Below, one piece after another: positions 52,344 to 63,600 of a stretch of DNA of 64,000 nucleotides. The stretch comes from a virus (Duplodnaviria; Heunggongvirae; Uroviricota; Caudoviricetes): IMG/VR virus record IMGVR_UViG_3300012667_000768, one strand, 5' to 3'. The notes beneath the pieces are model-generated. The model ran no database searches. It saw nothing but the letters and a program-made list of their open reading frames with translations, and was not told where the DNA came from. The position numbers and the translations under genes were made by a program. Each line of letters begins with the position of its first letter. Within the stretch, counting starts at the first letter, position 1.

Positions 52344-52907
52344 ATGACAGCATTAATTAGTTTAGCAGATTATAAATCCTATAAGAAGATCGTCAAAACG
52401 GATAGTGATGAGGAACTAACAAGTCTTATAGAATCTATAAATGCTCTAGTTAAAACATATTGCGGTCATTCATTTATTGATTACTACTCTACTCCAAAAG
52501 TAGAGACATTCAATATAAAAGAGTCCCAGCACGCTATTTTATTAAATGAGTGGCCCGTAAGACAAGTACAATCAGTACAAGTTAGAACAGCCTATAACGA
52601 ACCTTATGAGACAGTCAATGCCAGTGAGTATTTTGTAGATTCTACTATAGATACTATATTTATGCATAGTGGCTATTGGCAATCAGGATTCGGAGCTGTA
52701 AAAGTTACGTATACAGCAGGGTATGATGATACTCCAGCGGACGTAAGAGTAGCTGCACTAGACCTAGTACACCACTACTTTAAAGAAGAATATAAAGAAA
52801 GAAAGTCAATTGGCACCGCTTCTATTGATACTGGACTTAGTAAAATGGGAACGTCTAAGTGGCCTCCTCATGTAATGAGGGTCCTGGATCTCTATAGAAA
52901 TGGCTAA
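52344..52907 (+). CDS. head-tail connector/adaptor
   Basis: position directly after the capsid gene; size typical of a gp6-like connector. Confidence 0.45.
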   Translation: MTALISLADYKSYKKIVKTDSDEELTSLIESINALVKTYCGHSFIDYYSTPKVETFNIKESQHAILLNEWPVRQVQSVQVRTAYNEPYETVNASEYFVDSTIDTIFMHSGYWQSGFGAVKVTYTAGYDDTPADVRVAALDLVHHYFKEEYKERKSIGTASIDTGLSKMGTSKWPPHVMRVLDLYRNG

Positions 52908-54303
52908 GAAAAATCTAGAAGAACTACTAGGACTTATAACTAAAAAGGTAGAGAAAAAAGATGCAAATCGAGAGTCTCTAAACTTAAAGAGCCATAAGTA
53001 TGTTGTTTCTTTCTCTCAAGTTCTGAATGAAGTGTACGACCAAGTAATTGGAAGCGAAACTTCAAAAAAGATTGATATACCTAGAAGTATATTGATTGAT
53101 CCTGTAAAAACATATTGTGAAGGATTATATAGTACTTTTCAAACTTTTCAGTCAAAAGAAACTAAATTTAATGTAAACGTAGTTGGCGTATCAGATAAGT
53201 TATTCACAGTATTTATTAGTACCAGAGTCGAAGGTTCTGGTGACGTGTTTAAAACTGCTATTAAGAATAGAAGATTACCTCACCTTAAAAAGCTCAGAGA
53301 AGATGTTTACGAGGCTGTTAAACAGCACCTTATATCTACTAATCAATATAAAACTAAACAAAGAAATCTTTATCGAAGAGTGAAGGGCTTCAAAGATACT
53401 AGAGGAGTAGTCCAAGGAGGGCTACTAGATCTAGGTCATATGGAAGGCACTAGCGTAATTGAGAAAGAACTTTTACCTAGCCAAGATAAGTTTATAAACG
53501 TAATAAATTCTCTACCTCCTACAAGATTAAAAGTAGCAAAAGAAGTATTAGCAAAACTAGACTTTAAAATGTCTACTAATAAAGGACCTACTATGAGAGA
53601 TGGTATACTATATGTTACTGTCTTTGACCAAAGTAGAGACAGAAATAGTAGGCAAGCGAAAGAAGAAAGGCAATTAAGATCGAAATTCACTACGGCCATA
53701 ACGGAAGTTTTGAATAGCGTAGACTTTATAGACTTCGAGTCTTCCCCTAGTGTTAGAACTATAACCAAAGGAATACTACACAGATCTTTCGAAAATACTA
53801 AAGTAGGTAAAGTAAAAGGCGTGGACAAACAAGCAGTGCGTGCCTCTAAAAAGAGTTATACTTCATCTGCTACGAAAGAGATTAGTAGTAAAATTACTAC
53901 TTCTCAGCAAAATGAAACACTATCGGATAGTGTAAAAGTAAATAAGTGGAGCGGGCAGACACAAGAAGAAACCCCTCAACGTCAAAACTGGTCAAGTCTT
54001 TTACCAATACTTAACGCTAAACTTCCTCCAAGAGTAATTGCTAATATGAAGTATCCATCTCTAGTAAATAGAACTGGTACTTTCGGTAATTCCGCAAAAA
54101 TAGTTAATGTAGAACAAACAAGGGAAGGATTTCCTACTTTTGTTTTTGACTACGAAAGAGATCCATACGATGTATTCGATCGAACTTTAGGTCGCTCCCC
54201 TTGGAACACTCCTCAAAGAGACCCAAGAGCTTTAGTAGATAAATCAGTCAGAGAGCTTGTCAGGGAGATGGCAATTGGCAGATTCTATACAAGGAGAGCC
54301 TAA
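52900..54303 (+). CDS. structural protein, hypothetical
   Basis: 467 aa, between the connector and the tail genes. Confidence 0.5.
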   Translation: MAKKNLEELLGLITKKVEKKDANRESLNLKSHKYVVSFSQVLNEVYDQVIGSETSKKIDIPRSILIDPVKTYCEGLYSTFQTFQSKETKFNVNVVGVSDKLFTVFISTRVEGSGDVFKTAIKNRRLPHLKKLREDVYEAVKQHLISTNQYKTKQRNLYRRVKGFKDTRGVVQGGLLDLGHMEGTSVIEKELLPSQDKFINVINSLPPTRLKVAKEVLAKLDFKMSTNKGPTMRDGILYVTVFDQSRDRNSRQAKEERQLRSKFTTAITEVLNSVDFIDFESSPSVRTITKGILHRSFENTKVGKVKGVDKQAVRASKKSYTSSATKEISSKITTSQQNETLSDSVKVNKWSGQTQEETPQRQNWSSLLPILNAKLPPRVIANMKYPSLVNRTGTFGNSAKIVNVEQTREGFPTFVFDYERDPYDVFDRTLGRSPWNTPQRDPRALVDKSVRELVREMAIGRFYTRRA

Positions 54304-54743
54304 TGAATAAAACAAGACGAAGCTCTATTATAGAAGCTTTAACAACGAAGCTAAAAGGCATAAGCCTTGTTAATGGCTTCTCAACAGATCTAGGTGAACA
54401 AGCCTTTTCAAGAATGAGATTCTGGGATGAAATATCCGAATTTCCTTGTCTATGTATTGTAGCCGGACCAGAGTCTATCGTTCATCAAGCCGCAGGGCTT
54501 AAGGATAGATATCTAGATGTAACTCTTCGAGCATACGTGAACGAAGAAGACTCTATATTAGCTCTAGAACGACTTCTCGAAGATGTCGAAATAATCTTAG
54601 ATAACAATGGCAGGTTGGCATACGAAGACTCTTCAGGCAATCTGAGCTATACAAGAGACATAATCATAACTTTAATTGATACAGATCAGGGAGCTCTAGC
54701 ACCATTAGGTGTAGGAGAAATGACCCTACAAGTTAAGTACTAA
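54303..54743 (+). CDS. tail/neck assembly protein, hypothetical
   Basis: 146 aa; start overlaps the upstream stop. Confidence 0.45.
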   Translation: MNKTRRSSIIEALTTKLKGISLVNGFSTDLGEQAFSRMRFWDEISEFPCLCIVAGPESIVHQAAGLKDRYLDVTLRAYVNEEDSILALERLLEDVEIILDNNGRLAYEDSSGNLSYTRDIIITLIDTDQGALAPLGVGEMTLQVKY

Positions 54744-54767
54744 AAGTAGTACTTAGGAGAAATAAAA

Positions 54768-55895
54768 ATGGCAGTAGGTGACTCAAACCTTTATTTCAGT
54801 AGAGATACTAAGGTATTCCTATCAAAGAATGGCACTATCTGGGAGATCCCTGTTCTAAACGGATATTCGTTCTCTCAAACTACAAATTCAAGCACAATCA
54901 CACTATCAGAAATGTCTGATGCTACAGGTGCTAGCCGTCGTGGTCAGCGCGTGTTCAACGACTCAGTTTCACCATCAGAGTGGAGCTTCGATGTATACGT
55001 ACGTCCAACACTAAATACAACTGTTAAGGCTGTGGAAGAAGCACTATGGGCTAACTTTGTTGCAGCTAACACATACGCTACAGGCGAATGGACAAAGGCA
55101 GTAACTCGCGATGCAGATGCTCTAGACTTTGACTTTGCTGATTCAAACGTATCTGAACTAGGTACCTTCGATCTATACTTCGTACTTGGTGGAAACCAAG
55201 CAGGTGCAGGTCCACAGAATTACACTGCAAGTGATGTTACAACAATCTACAAGATTCCAGGTTGCGTAGCAAACGAAGCTACAGTTAACTTCGAAGTAGA
55301 CGGTATCTCAATGATCTCATGGTCAGGTATGGGTGGTAGTATTGCGGAACAAGCTTCATTCGACGCTTCAGCAGCTATTACAACTGGTATTACTTCAACA
55401 AGTAACTACATCCGTAACCGTCTAACTGCTCTTAAGGCAGTAAGCTCGGTTTCAGGTAGCTCAAAGACTTACAATATCGTTCTAACAGGCGGTAGCTTAA
55501 CTCTAAGCAACAACATCAGCTTCCTGACACCAGAAAGCATCGGCGTTGTTAACCAGCCAATTGGTCACATTACAGGTACTCGTTCAGTATCAGGTTCATT
55601 CACTTGCTACCTAGACGAAGCTACTAACGGATCAATCGACTTACTATCTGATCTACAAGGCGCTCTAACAACAGTTACAAACTCCTTCGCATTGGACTTC
55701 TATGTCGGTGGTAAGGATGGAGTAAATGATGCTCCTGTAGGTCCTGGCGTACAGTTTAAGATGGGACAGTGCCACCTTGAAATTCCAACCATTAACAATG
55801 ACGATGTTATTGCTCTAGAGGTTAATTTCACGGCGCTACCATCCAATATCAGTGGTACGAACGAAATCCAGAAGATTTCTTACGTAGCTGCCTGA
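54768..55895 (+). CDS. major tail (tube) protein
   Basis: strong Shine-Dalgarno AGGAGAAATAAAA; highly expressed-type codon usage; followed by an 11-bp-stem terminator. Confidence 0.55.
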   Translation: MAVGDSNLYFSRDTKVFLSKNGTIWEIPVLNGYSFSQTTNSSTITLSEMSDATGASRRGQRVFNDSVSPSEWSFDVYVRPTLNTTVKAVEEALWANFVAANTYATGEWTKAVTRDADALDFDFADSNVSELGTFDLYFVLGGNQAGAGPQNYTASDVTTIYKIPGCVANEATVNFEVDGISMISWSGMGGSIAEQASFDASAAITTGITSTSNYIRNRLTALKAVSSVSGSSKTYNIVLTGGSLTLSNNISFLTPESIGVVNQPIGHITGTRSVSGSFTCYLDEATNGSIDLLSDLQGALTTVTNSFALDFYVGGKDGVNDAPVGPGVQFKMGQCHLEIPTINNDDVIALEVNFTALPSNISGTNEIQKISYVAA

Positions 55896-55918
55896 TAAAG
55901 GTCATAGAAAAATAGTTC

Positions 55919-55947
55919 TTGACTTTTAGAACCATACAATTTATAAT
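55919..55947 (+). promoter_or_regulatory. promoter TTGACT-N17-TATAAT immediately upstream of the terminator hairpin
   Basis: perfect hexamers; predicted transcription start is about 5 nt before the hairpin. Confidence 0.45.
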
Positions 55948-55958
55948 TGGATAAATTC

Positions 55959-55992
55959 GGGGAGCAAAAGTTCATTTTGCTCCCCCTTTTTG
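55959..55992 (+). terminator. intrinsic terminator after the major tail gene
   Basis: 11-bp stem GGGGAGCAAAA/TTTTGCTCCCC followed by T5. Confidence 0.65.
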
Positions 55993-55998
55993 TAGGAT

Positions 55999-56859
55999 AT
56001 GTACAACTTTAAACGTAATTCAAAACTGTATTTAGTTTATGAGGGACTAAAATATAGGTTGGAGGTATATCCTGATCTTTCTGTATCACAAACCTTTAGT
56101 GAACAAGGAGTACCTAGAAAGACTTTACATACTCAAACTGACCTGCATGAACATGCAGTTATTACTAGAGCTAATGTAGCAAGTTTTTCTTTTACAGTAC
56201 CTTTTTTCGACCAAAGTACTATACAAAAAGAATTGGAGTTATCAACCTCATATACTAATGGAGTTACTCCATACTTTGACTTATACATTGAGTCAGACAA
56301 CATTATTTATAAATTAGAGAAGGCAGTCTTCGAGACTACTACTTTTAATTTAAGTAGAGACGCACCGATAACAGTAAGCTTATCTGGTAGTGGATCTAGG
56401 ATTTCCAAAGTAACGACAATACCCGGTACTTTACAAACAACACCTACTAGAGAATACACTAGAGTATCTACCTTAGGCACTATAATAGATAGTACTACTT
56501 TAACTTCAGTAATTAATATAAATATAGAAGTAGTCAATAAAATATCGTGGACAAAGAATGATACGATAAATCAAACTTTAAACGGCAATATAATATATCC
56601 GACAAGTTTTGTATTATCAGGCAGAGAAGTAAGAGGTTCTGTTGCGCACTTCGTGACAGACGATAATAAAGAAGAGTTATCCGATCTAAGTACAGAAGGA
56701 GAACTCGAATTACTTATTAACTCTACTCTACTATCTTTCGTATTACCCTCAGTAGTGTTTACTAGAAGAGACGATCTTAACGATCTAATATCAAGAACAT
56801 ATGACTTCCGATTAAATACAAATTCTCAGGAAGTCAAACCTATATATAAAGGAGTTTAA
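55999..56859 (+). CDS. tail protein, hypothetical
   Basis: 286-aa ORF. Confidence 0.5.
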   Translation: MYNFKRNSKLYLVYEGLKYRLEVYPDLSVSQTFSEQGVPRKTLHTQTDLHEHAVITRANVASFSFTVPFFDQSTIQKELELSTSYTNGVTPYFDLYIESDNIIYKLEKAVFETTTFNLSRDAPITVSLSGSGSRISKVTTIPGTLQTTPTREYTRVSTLGTIIDSTTLTSVININIEVVNKISWTKNDTINQTLNGNIIYPTSFVLSGREVRGSVAHFVTDDNKEELSDLSTEGELELLINSTLLSFVLPSVVFTRRDDLNDLISRTYDFRLNTNSQEVKPIYKGV

Positions 56860-56866
56860 TTAAATT

Positions 56867-57313
56867 ATGCAACTAAGCGATCTAATGGTTGATACTAAGT
56901 CAGCATGGGTAGAATACCCAGCATTTAGCGGATTCGAAGTAGAATTAGTAAACCTAGCACGCCCAGAACTCACAGCACTACGTAAGCGCTGTGTAACTAC
57001 AAAGTTCGATAAGAACACACGTAAGCCAGTCGAAGAATTAAATGAAGATAAGTTCATTGAAGAGTTCACTAAGGCTACAATTAAGAACTGGAAGGGCTTC
57101 AAGCTAAAGTTCCTAGAGTCATTCATGCTAGTAGATCTATCGAAGGTTGATCCAGAAGCTGAACTACCCTACTCACAGGAAAATGCAAAGCACTTAATCA
57201 CAAACTCAGCCGAGTTTGATACTTGGGTAAACGAAACGGTGTTCGATCTAGACAATTTTCGTACAGGAACAAAAAGAGCTCCTGTGGAAAAGACTGGAAA
57301 AGTGGCAGAATAA
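56867..57313 (+). CDS. tail assembly chaperone-like protein
   Basis: one of a small-gene pair immediately upstream of the tape measure. Confidence 0.4.
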   Translation: MQLSDLMVDTKSAWVEYPAFSGFEVELVNLARPELTALRKRCVTTKFDKNTRKPVEELNEDKFIEEFTKATIKNWKGFKLKFLESFMLVDLSKVDPEAELPYSQENAKHLITNSAEFDTWVNETVFDLDNFRTGTKRAPVEKTGKVAE

Positions 57314-57326
57314 TTTTGATGTTGGC

Positions 57327-57659
57327 ATGACGAAAGATAAGTATCTTTCGTTGTGCGAACAACTTAAGCAGGAGCCAAAAGAAGAGAAATGCCCTCCTGG
57401 CTATGAAGACTTCCCGGAGCCAGTACAACAAGCTATAGAAGTTTTTAATAAGCTGGGTGATAGAGTTTACCCAGAAATAGGATATATGGGTAAAGACTAT
57501 ACCTCTATAAACCTTCATATGGAGGTCGTAGGTGTCACCCAAAAAGACATATTTTTAGATACTCTGGTAAGGCTAGACGCCTTCATGATTAAAAAATCAG
57601 CAGAGCAGCTAAAGAAAGCACGGGATTCCGTCAAAAAGAAGGGACATGGCAACAAATAA
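57327..57659 (+). CDS. tail assembly chaperone-like protein
   Basis: 110 aa, overlaps the tape measure start. Confidence 0.4.
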   Translation: MTKDKYLSLCEQLKQEPKEEKCPPGYEDFPEPVQQAIEVFNKLGDRVYPEIGYMGKDYTSINLHMEVVGVTQKDIFLDTLVRLDAFMIKKSAEQLKKARDSVKKKGHGNK

Positions 57660-60600
57660 ATTAGTTTTTGAGGTAGTAGTATCAGATGGCGGAACAGCCA
57701 AGATAACTCAAAAAGGACTTGAGAATGTTGGTAACGCCGCCGAGAATGTAACTAGAAAGACTAAACAAGCTGGCAAGGCACAAGACGAACTCAATTATAA
57801 ATTAAACCAAGGTACTACTGGAGTCTCCAGTGCTGCTAAAAGTTTTTCAAAGCTAAATCAGGCTATTGGGAGTGGTCCCAATGGCCTTGTTGGCGCGTAT
57901 GCAACACTCGCAGCTAATGCGTTCGCAGTAAGTGCTGCTTTTAATGTATTAAAAAATGCTTCGCAAGTAGAGCAGCTTTTCGCAGGGCTAGAAGCACAGG
58001 GAGCAAGAACAGGTAGATCACTAACTGGAGTGGCTAAAGATCTGAAAGAAATTACTGGTGCGGCTATATCCTCAGCAGACGCTATGCGAGCAGTAGCTCA
58101 AGCTAGTACTTCTGGCATTAAATCAGATGATATTCGTAGATTAACAGAAGTAGCTACAGCATCTGCAAAAGCTCTCGGTAGAGATGTTCCGGATTCTCTA
58201 AATAGATTAATACTAGGTGTAACTAAAGCGGAACCAGAATTAGTAGACGAACTAGGTCTTACTATTAAACTTACTGAATCCATGGATATGTACGCTAGAC
58301 AAACAGGTAAAACAGCCTCTAGTCTAAGCAGATTAGAAAAGCAACAAGCGCTAGTTAATGCTTGGGCTACTCAAGGTGAAGCAAAGTTTGGTGCTTTATC
58401 AGAATCTGTAGATGCAAATCCATACGCTCAATTAGCTTCTGCTTTCACTGACCTTACTAATACTATTCTCAATTTTGCAAATAATGCAGGACTAGCCTCT
58501 CTGGTTTCTTTCTTAGCTAATGATAAATTTGCTCTTACAGCAGCAATACTATTTTTCGTTAGTACAATTAAAAATCAATTACTACCTGTTTTTACAGAGG
58601 CGTCAAAAGCTGCAAAAGATTTTGCTAAAGCAAGAGTATCAGGTCTTCAAGATGAAAAAAATGCACTAGATAAATCTCAAGCAAGTCTTCTAGCGCATAA
58701 AAAAGCTAATGAGGATCTGTTAAAAGGTCTTGGCGATGTAAAAACCTTACCTAAGTACTATGGTCAATGGGTACAGGCAGAAAGAGAAGGTACAGAAGCT
58801 ACTGTAGAGCATGAGAAAGCCCTTAGAAGCTTAACAGCTTCACAATCACGATTTAAGAGCCTGTCCGAAAAAGCTATTGAAGCTGGTGACACGGAAGCAG
58901 CTGATAAATATAAAGTTCTACAAGAAGAACGTGGTAGGGATATAACTAATTTACAGGGATACGCTACCAAAAAATTAGCTATAGAAACAGGAATAAAAGA
59001 ACAAGAACTAGCAAATGTTGGGCTATTAACACAGATTAAGAGAGAAGAATCACTAATAACTGCTCAGACAGCTAGAGCAGATGCGATAGAAGCTCTAGCT
59101 AAAGGCGAATTAAAAGCTTCAATTAATTCCCTGATGATTAGTACTAAAGCCTATAACCAGCAATTAATACAAGAAATAGTACTGAAAGCAGAAGTAGCTG
59201 GAGTAACAGACCTAGCAGCTGTTGCAAATAATGCACAAGCATCTTCGCTATTAAAATTAAGAGTAGCTGGATTCGCAGCAAGTACTGGTATCAAAGCAGT
59301 AGGGTCAGCTATATTGACTGCACTCCCTTGGATAGGTTTAATAACTCTAGGGTTAGATCTATTATGGGAAGCTCTCCAATTCGTTATTCCAGACTCATGG
59401 AAAAAACAGTGGGAAGCATTCGAAAAACTACAAGAGAATGTTGAGAATACCAGTAAAAAAATCGAAGCGTATAACAAGATAATAAATACTAGTGGTGATA
59501 TAACTCAAAAATCTATAGCTGCATTAACAAATAGAACTAATACTTTATCTGAAGCAATAGAAGCATATGAGGAGTACAACAAAGCCATAGTAGAGTCAGA
59601 AGCAGCTCAATTATCTGGAGAACAGCAACAACAAAGAGCTAATAAGTATCTAATAGCCAGCGTAATACCTGGATTAGATCTAGCTATGAGAGGTTGGGAT
59701 GCATGGGCTGACTCTACGAATCAAGAATTAGGGATTCCATTAAGTTCTCTTACCTATCAATTAATGCAAATTACTCCCGCATCTTCTGATGCATCAAAAA
59801 GTGCAGCTTCTATGCTAGCTGTGTTTGAAAAAACATTACCAGGAACTGTTAAGGAATTTGCGAAATTAAATAATAATTTCGAAGAGATGGATGAAAATAC
59901 TAGAAACTCTGCTATACAAGAGTTTGCTGAGAGAATTTCTCCAGTAATAGAAAGAGCAAGAGATAGTGTCGACGAATTATCTGGATCTTTAACAGAGTTA
60001 AGCAATAATTGGGCTGACTTTATAAGATCTATAACTCCCACAACTCCGTATGATAAATTAACTGGTTCTATTGATACTACTTTGAGAGCTATACAGAATT
60101 TCAAATCTAATGTAGCTAATGGAGTCATTAATCAAGAGGATGTTAATACACTACTACAGCAAGTTAATGAAGCCTCATCAGCTTTACCAGGAGCTATTCT
60201 GGGAGAGCAAGGTATAGCAATTAGAGATACAATACAAGAAACAGATAATGCTATAGTTAAATTAAGACAACAGCAAGGTGGCTTATCTTCTGATTCCGAA
60301 GCATACTTAACCATACAAAGACAAATTAGTAATCTAGAAACAGATAGACTAAGTCTAGGTAACAAATTAGGTGCCATTACTTCAGAGAATTTAACTACAT
60401 TACAGGCTCAGGTTAGTACCTCTCAGTTAGATAATATAACACTTCAAAGTAGTATAGCTCTGGCTCAAGCTAGGTTAGGGGTAATACAAAGACAAGGTAA
60501 AATATCTGTACAAGATGTTAGAAACGAAATAGCAGCAAAAAATCGAGTTGTGGACTTACAAGTACAGCAGATCCGCGCAAATAGAGTATACCTAGAAATA

Positions 60601-63600
60601 GAACACAACAAGAAAGTTCTAGAACTAGAGTCAGCTACTAGAAGAGCTGAAGAATTACGTGATTTAGCCGATAGAAACCAAAAAGAGCTAGAAGGTTACG
60701 AAATACTACTTAAAGGCGTTAAAATTCGACTTCAGATGGAAAAGCAATCAAGTGCTATAGTGTCACGAATTGCTGAAATAGATAGACAGCTTACGACTAT
60801 TGGCGATTCTGGTGCTCAAAAAGAAAATCTACAAGCAGCAGCAGATGAAGCGGATAGAAGAGTTGAAGCAGCAGAAAGAGCCGAGCAGTTAGCAGCAGCA
60901 GCTCTAAAAGCTAACGATGCAGCAGCAACAGCAGCTGGCATGGGAAGAGTTACTACTGCTGAAGAAACTTACCAAGTTAATCAACAGTTACTACAAATAG
61001 AGCAGGAAAGCTGGAACCTACAAAAACGAATAAACGATGCAAGTCTAGAAAGATATGTATTAAGTAGGAATCTACTAGATATTCAACAAGAAGGTCTCGG
61101 TGCAGAAACTAGACAGTTTGAGATTATAAAAGAACAAGCTAGAGTTAAGCGACTAGACGAAGAAAAAAGATTCAACTTTGAAAGAAGATCTCTACAAATA
61201 GAGAGAGATAAAGCTTCCGCAGAAGGCAGATCCGACGCAGTAGCAATACTGCAGCGTAGAATAGCACTATTAGATCAAGCAAGAGTAATAGAAATAAGTA
61301 ATTCAAAAACTCAAGAAGAAGTATCAATCTTATCTAAGATGGATCTAGATACTCAACAGAAAAAAATTGAATTAGTACAAAAATCATTAGAAGTACTACT
61401 AAAAGAAGCCGATCTAAGACAAACTCTATTAGAAAAAGAGCAAGAGTTAGTAACTCTGAGACAGAGAAATGCTGTAGGTGGAAGAGAGCTTAGTGAAACC
61501 GCCCAAAGAGCAGTAGCATATAGAGTCGCTCAAGAACAACTAAAGCTAGCTAAGGAGCAGGCAGATCTTAGAAGACAAAGTATAATAGCTGAGTATACTT
61601 TATTAGAAGCTCAAAGAGCTTTATTACAAGATCAATTAGGTGCTCGTAAAACCGAAGCCGATTTACTAGCTACTACTGCCCAAGATCCTGCAACAAGAGC
61701 TGCAGCTCAAGGAATATCTAATGTTCTTGCAGAATCTATTAATAATTTAAATGCCGTATCTTATAGTACGCTTAAACAAAATGCACTAAGAATAGCAGAC
61801 CTTGATATTAATATATTAGAGGAAAGAGCTAGGTTAGCCTATAATGAAATTATAGGAGGATTCTTAGAAGAAGTACTAGGAAGAAATAATCCAGCATGGA
61901 AAATGAACAAAGCTATAGAAGATACTGCGATTATAATTAATCAACTAAAAGCAGGAAAAAGCATAGAACAAGCCTCTACTAATCTAGACCCAAGTACTAG
62001 GGCTACTATTGATTCTATAGATGCTACTACAGCCGCGTCTAATAGTACGACAGCTGCAGTAAATAGACTACATGATACTGTGCGAAATCAATCACAGGCT
62101 CCTCAGACACAACAGGCTGGCAATGCCGTAGAAGAAGCTGCTGCTTTATCATCAGCGTTAATTAGGCTGCCAGCATTTAGAAGTGCATTCGAGATGAGCT
62201 CAGGGTTTGGTACCAGATCGAGACCTACCAGAGGAGCTTCAAGAAATCATCAAGGAGTAGACTATAAGTATCCAGAAGGAACTTCACTAACAGCTCAACT
62301 GCCTGGAGTAGTAAAATTCTCTGGTGCCATGGGCGGCTTCGGAAATGTAGTTGATGTATATGTAGGCGAATTAGAAGATGGAACAAAGATCTTTCGTAGA
62401 TTTGCTCACATGCTTGATACAGCAGTTAAAGCTGGAGACAGAGTAAATGCGAATACTGTTATAGGTAGAACCGGAAACACTGGAACTAGTACCGGGGCAC
62501 ACTTACACCAAGGTACCTATATGGAAGATCAAAGAGGCAGAACAACCGCAATGTCTCCAAACTGGCAGCCTATGGTACGTCAGTATGGTGCAGAAGCATC
62601 TGAAGAAGCCTCTGATCAGATAATAGTCACCGCACGAGCGTCGAAGGCAGCTATGGATGCTATAGCAGCAGGATGGTCTGATAGTATAAAGATGGCTAGG
62701 ACGGAAGTAGCAGCTGGCGGGGAAGAAATAAAACTTAGTTTTATTGAAAGTCTAGCTGCGGTGTCTCCTATCATAAACCAGATGACTGAACAGCTACGTA
62801 CACTAGGACCTCAGGGTGAGCTGGTAGCAAGTATTAATGAAGGTATGATGACTATTTCTACTTCAATTGCTACTATAGTGCAATCCTTAAGTACTGGATT
62901 CAGCGAAGGATACACTAAATATATAGAAGAGGCCCAGAAAAAGCTTCAAGAAACCGGAGATCTAAATGTAGAGTCAATGGCTAAACTACAGACTCAGGGA
63001 GAATATACAGCGGGTAAGTTAGCTGTCGCATTTAGTGCTGCTTCTGCAGCAATAGGGGCTATAGCCCAAATGTTAAATGCCTCTTCAGAAAGTAGGATGG
63101 CTAATATTGATAAGGAAATAGCCGCCGAACAAAAGCGTGATGGTAAGTCTAAAGAAAGTGTTGCCAAGATAGATGCTATGGAGAAAAAGAAAGACTCCAT
63201 AGCTAGAAAATCTTTTAATACTAACAAAAAACTTATGATGGCACAAGCTGTTATGTCTACGGCAGCGGGTATAGCTGGTGTATTAGCACATAGTGCTGAA
63301 TATGGTCCAATTCTAACTCCTATTTTAGCTGGCATGATTGGTGCTATGGGTCTTGCTCAAATCGCAATTATCTCTGGTACACAGTATGAGAGTAGTTACG
63401 CACCAAAATCTGTAGAAACTCCATCAGCGATATCTGTAGGTAAAAGATCGGATACAATAAACTTAGCTATGGGTCCAAATGCTAACGCAGGCGGAGAAGT
63501 AGGCTACTTAAGAGGTGCAGCTGGTACAGGAAGCTCAGCTTCCAACTATAACTCTATCGGTTCTGCCTATGGTGGTGATCTTTCAAGAGGTTATGGAAAT

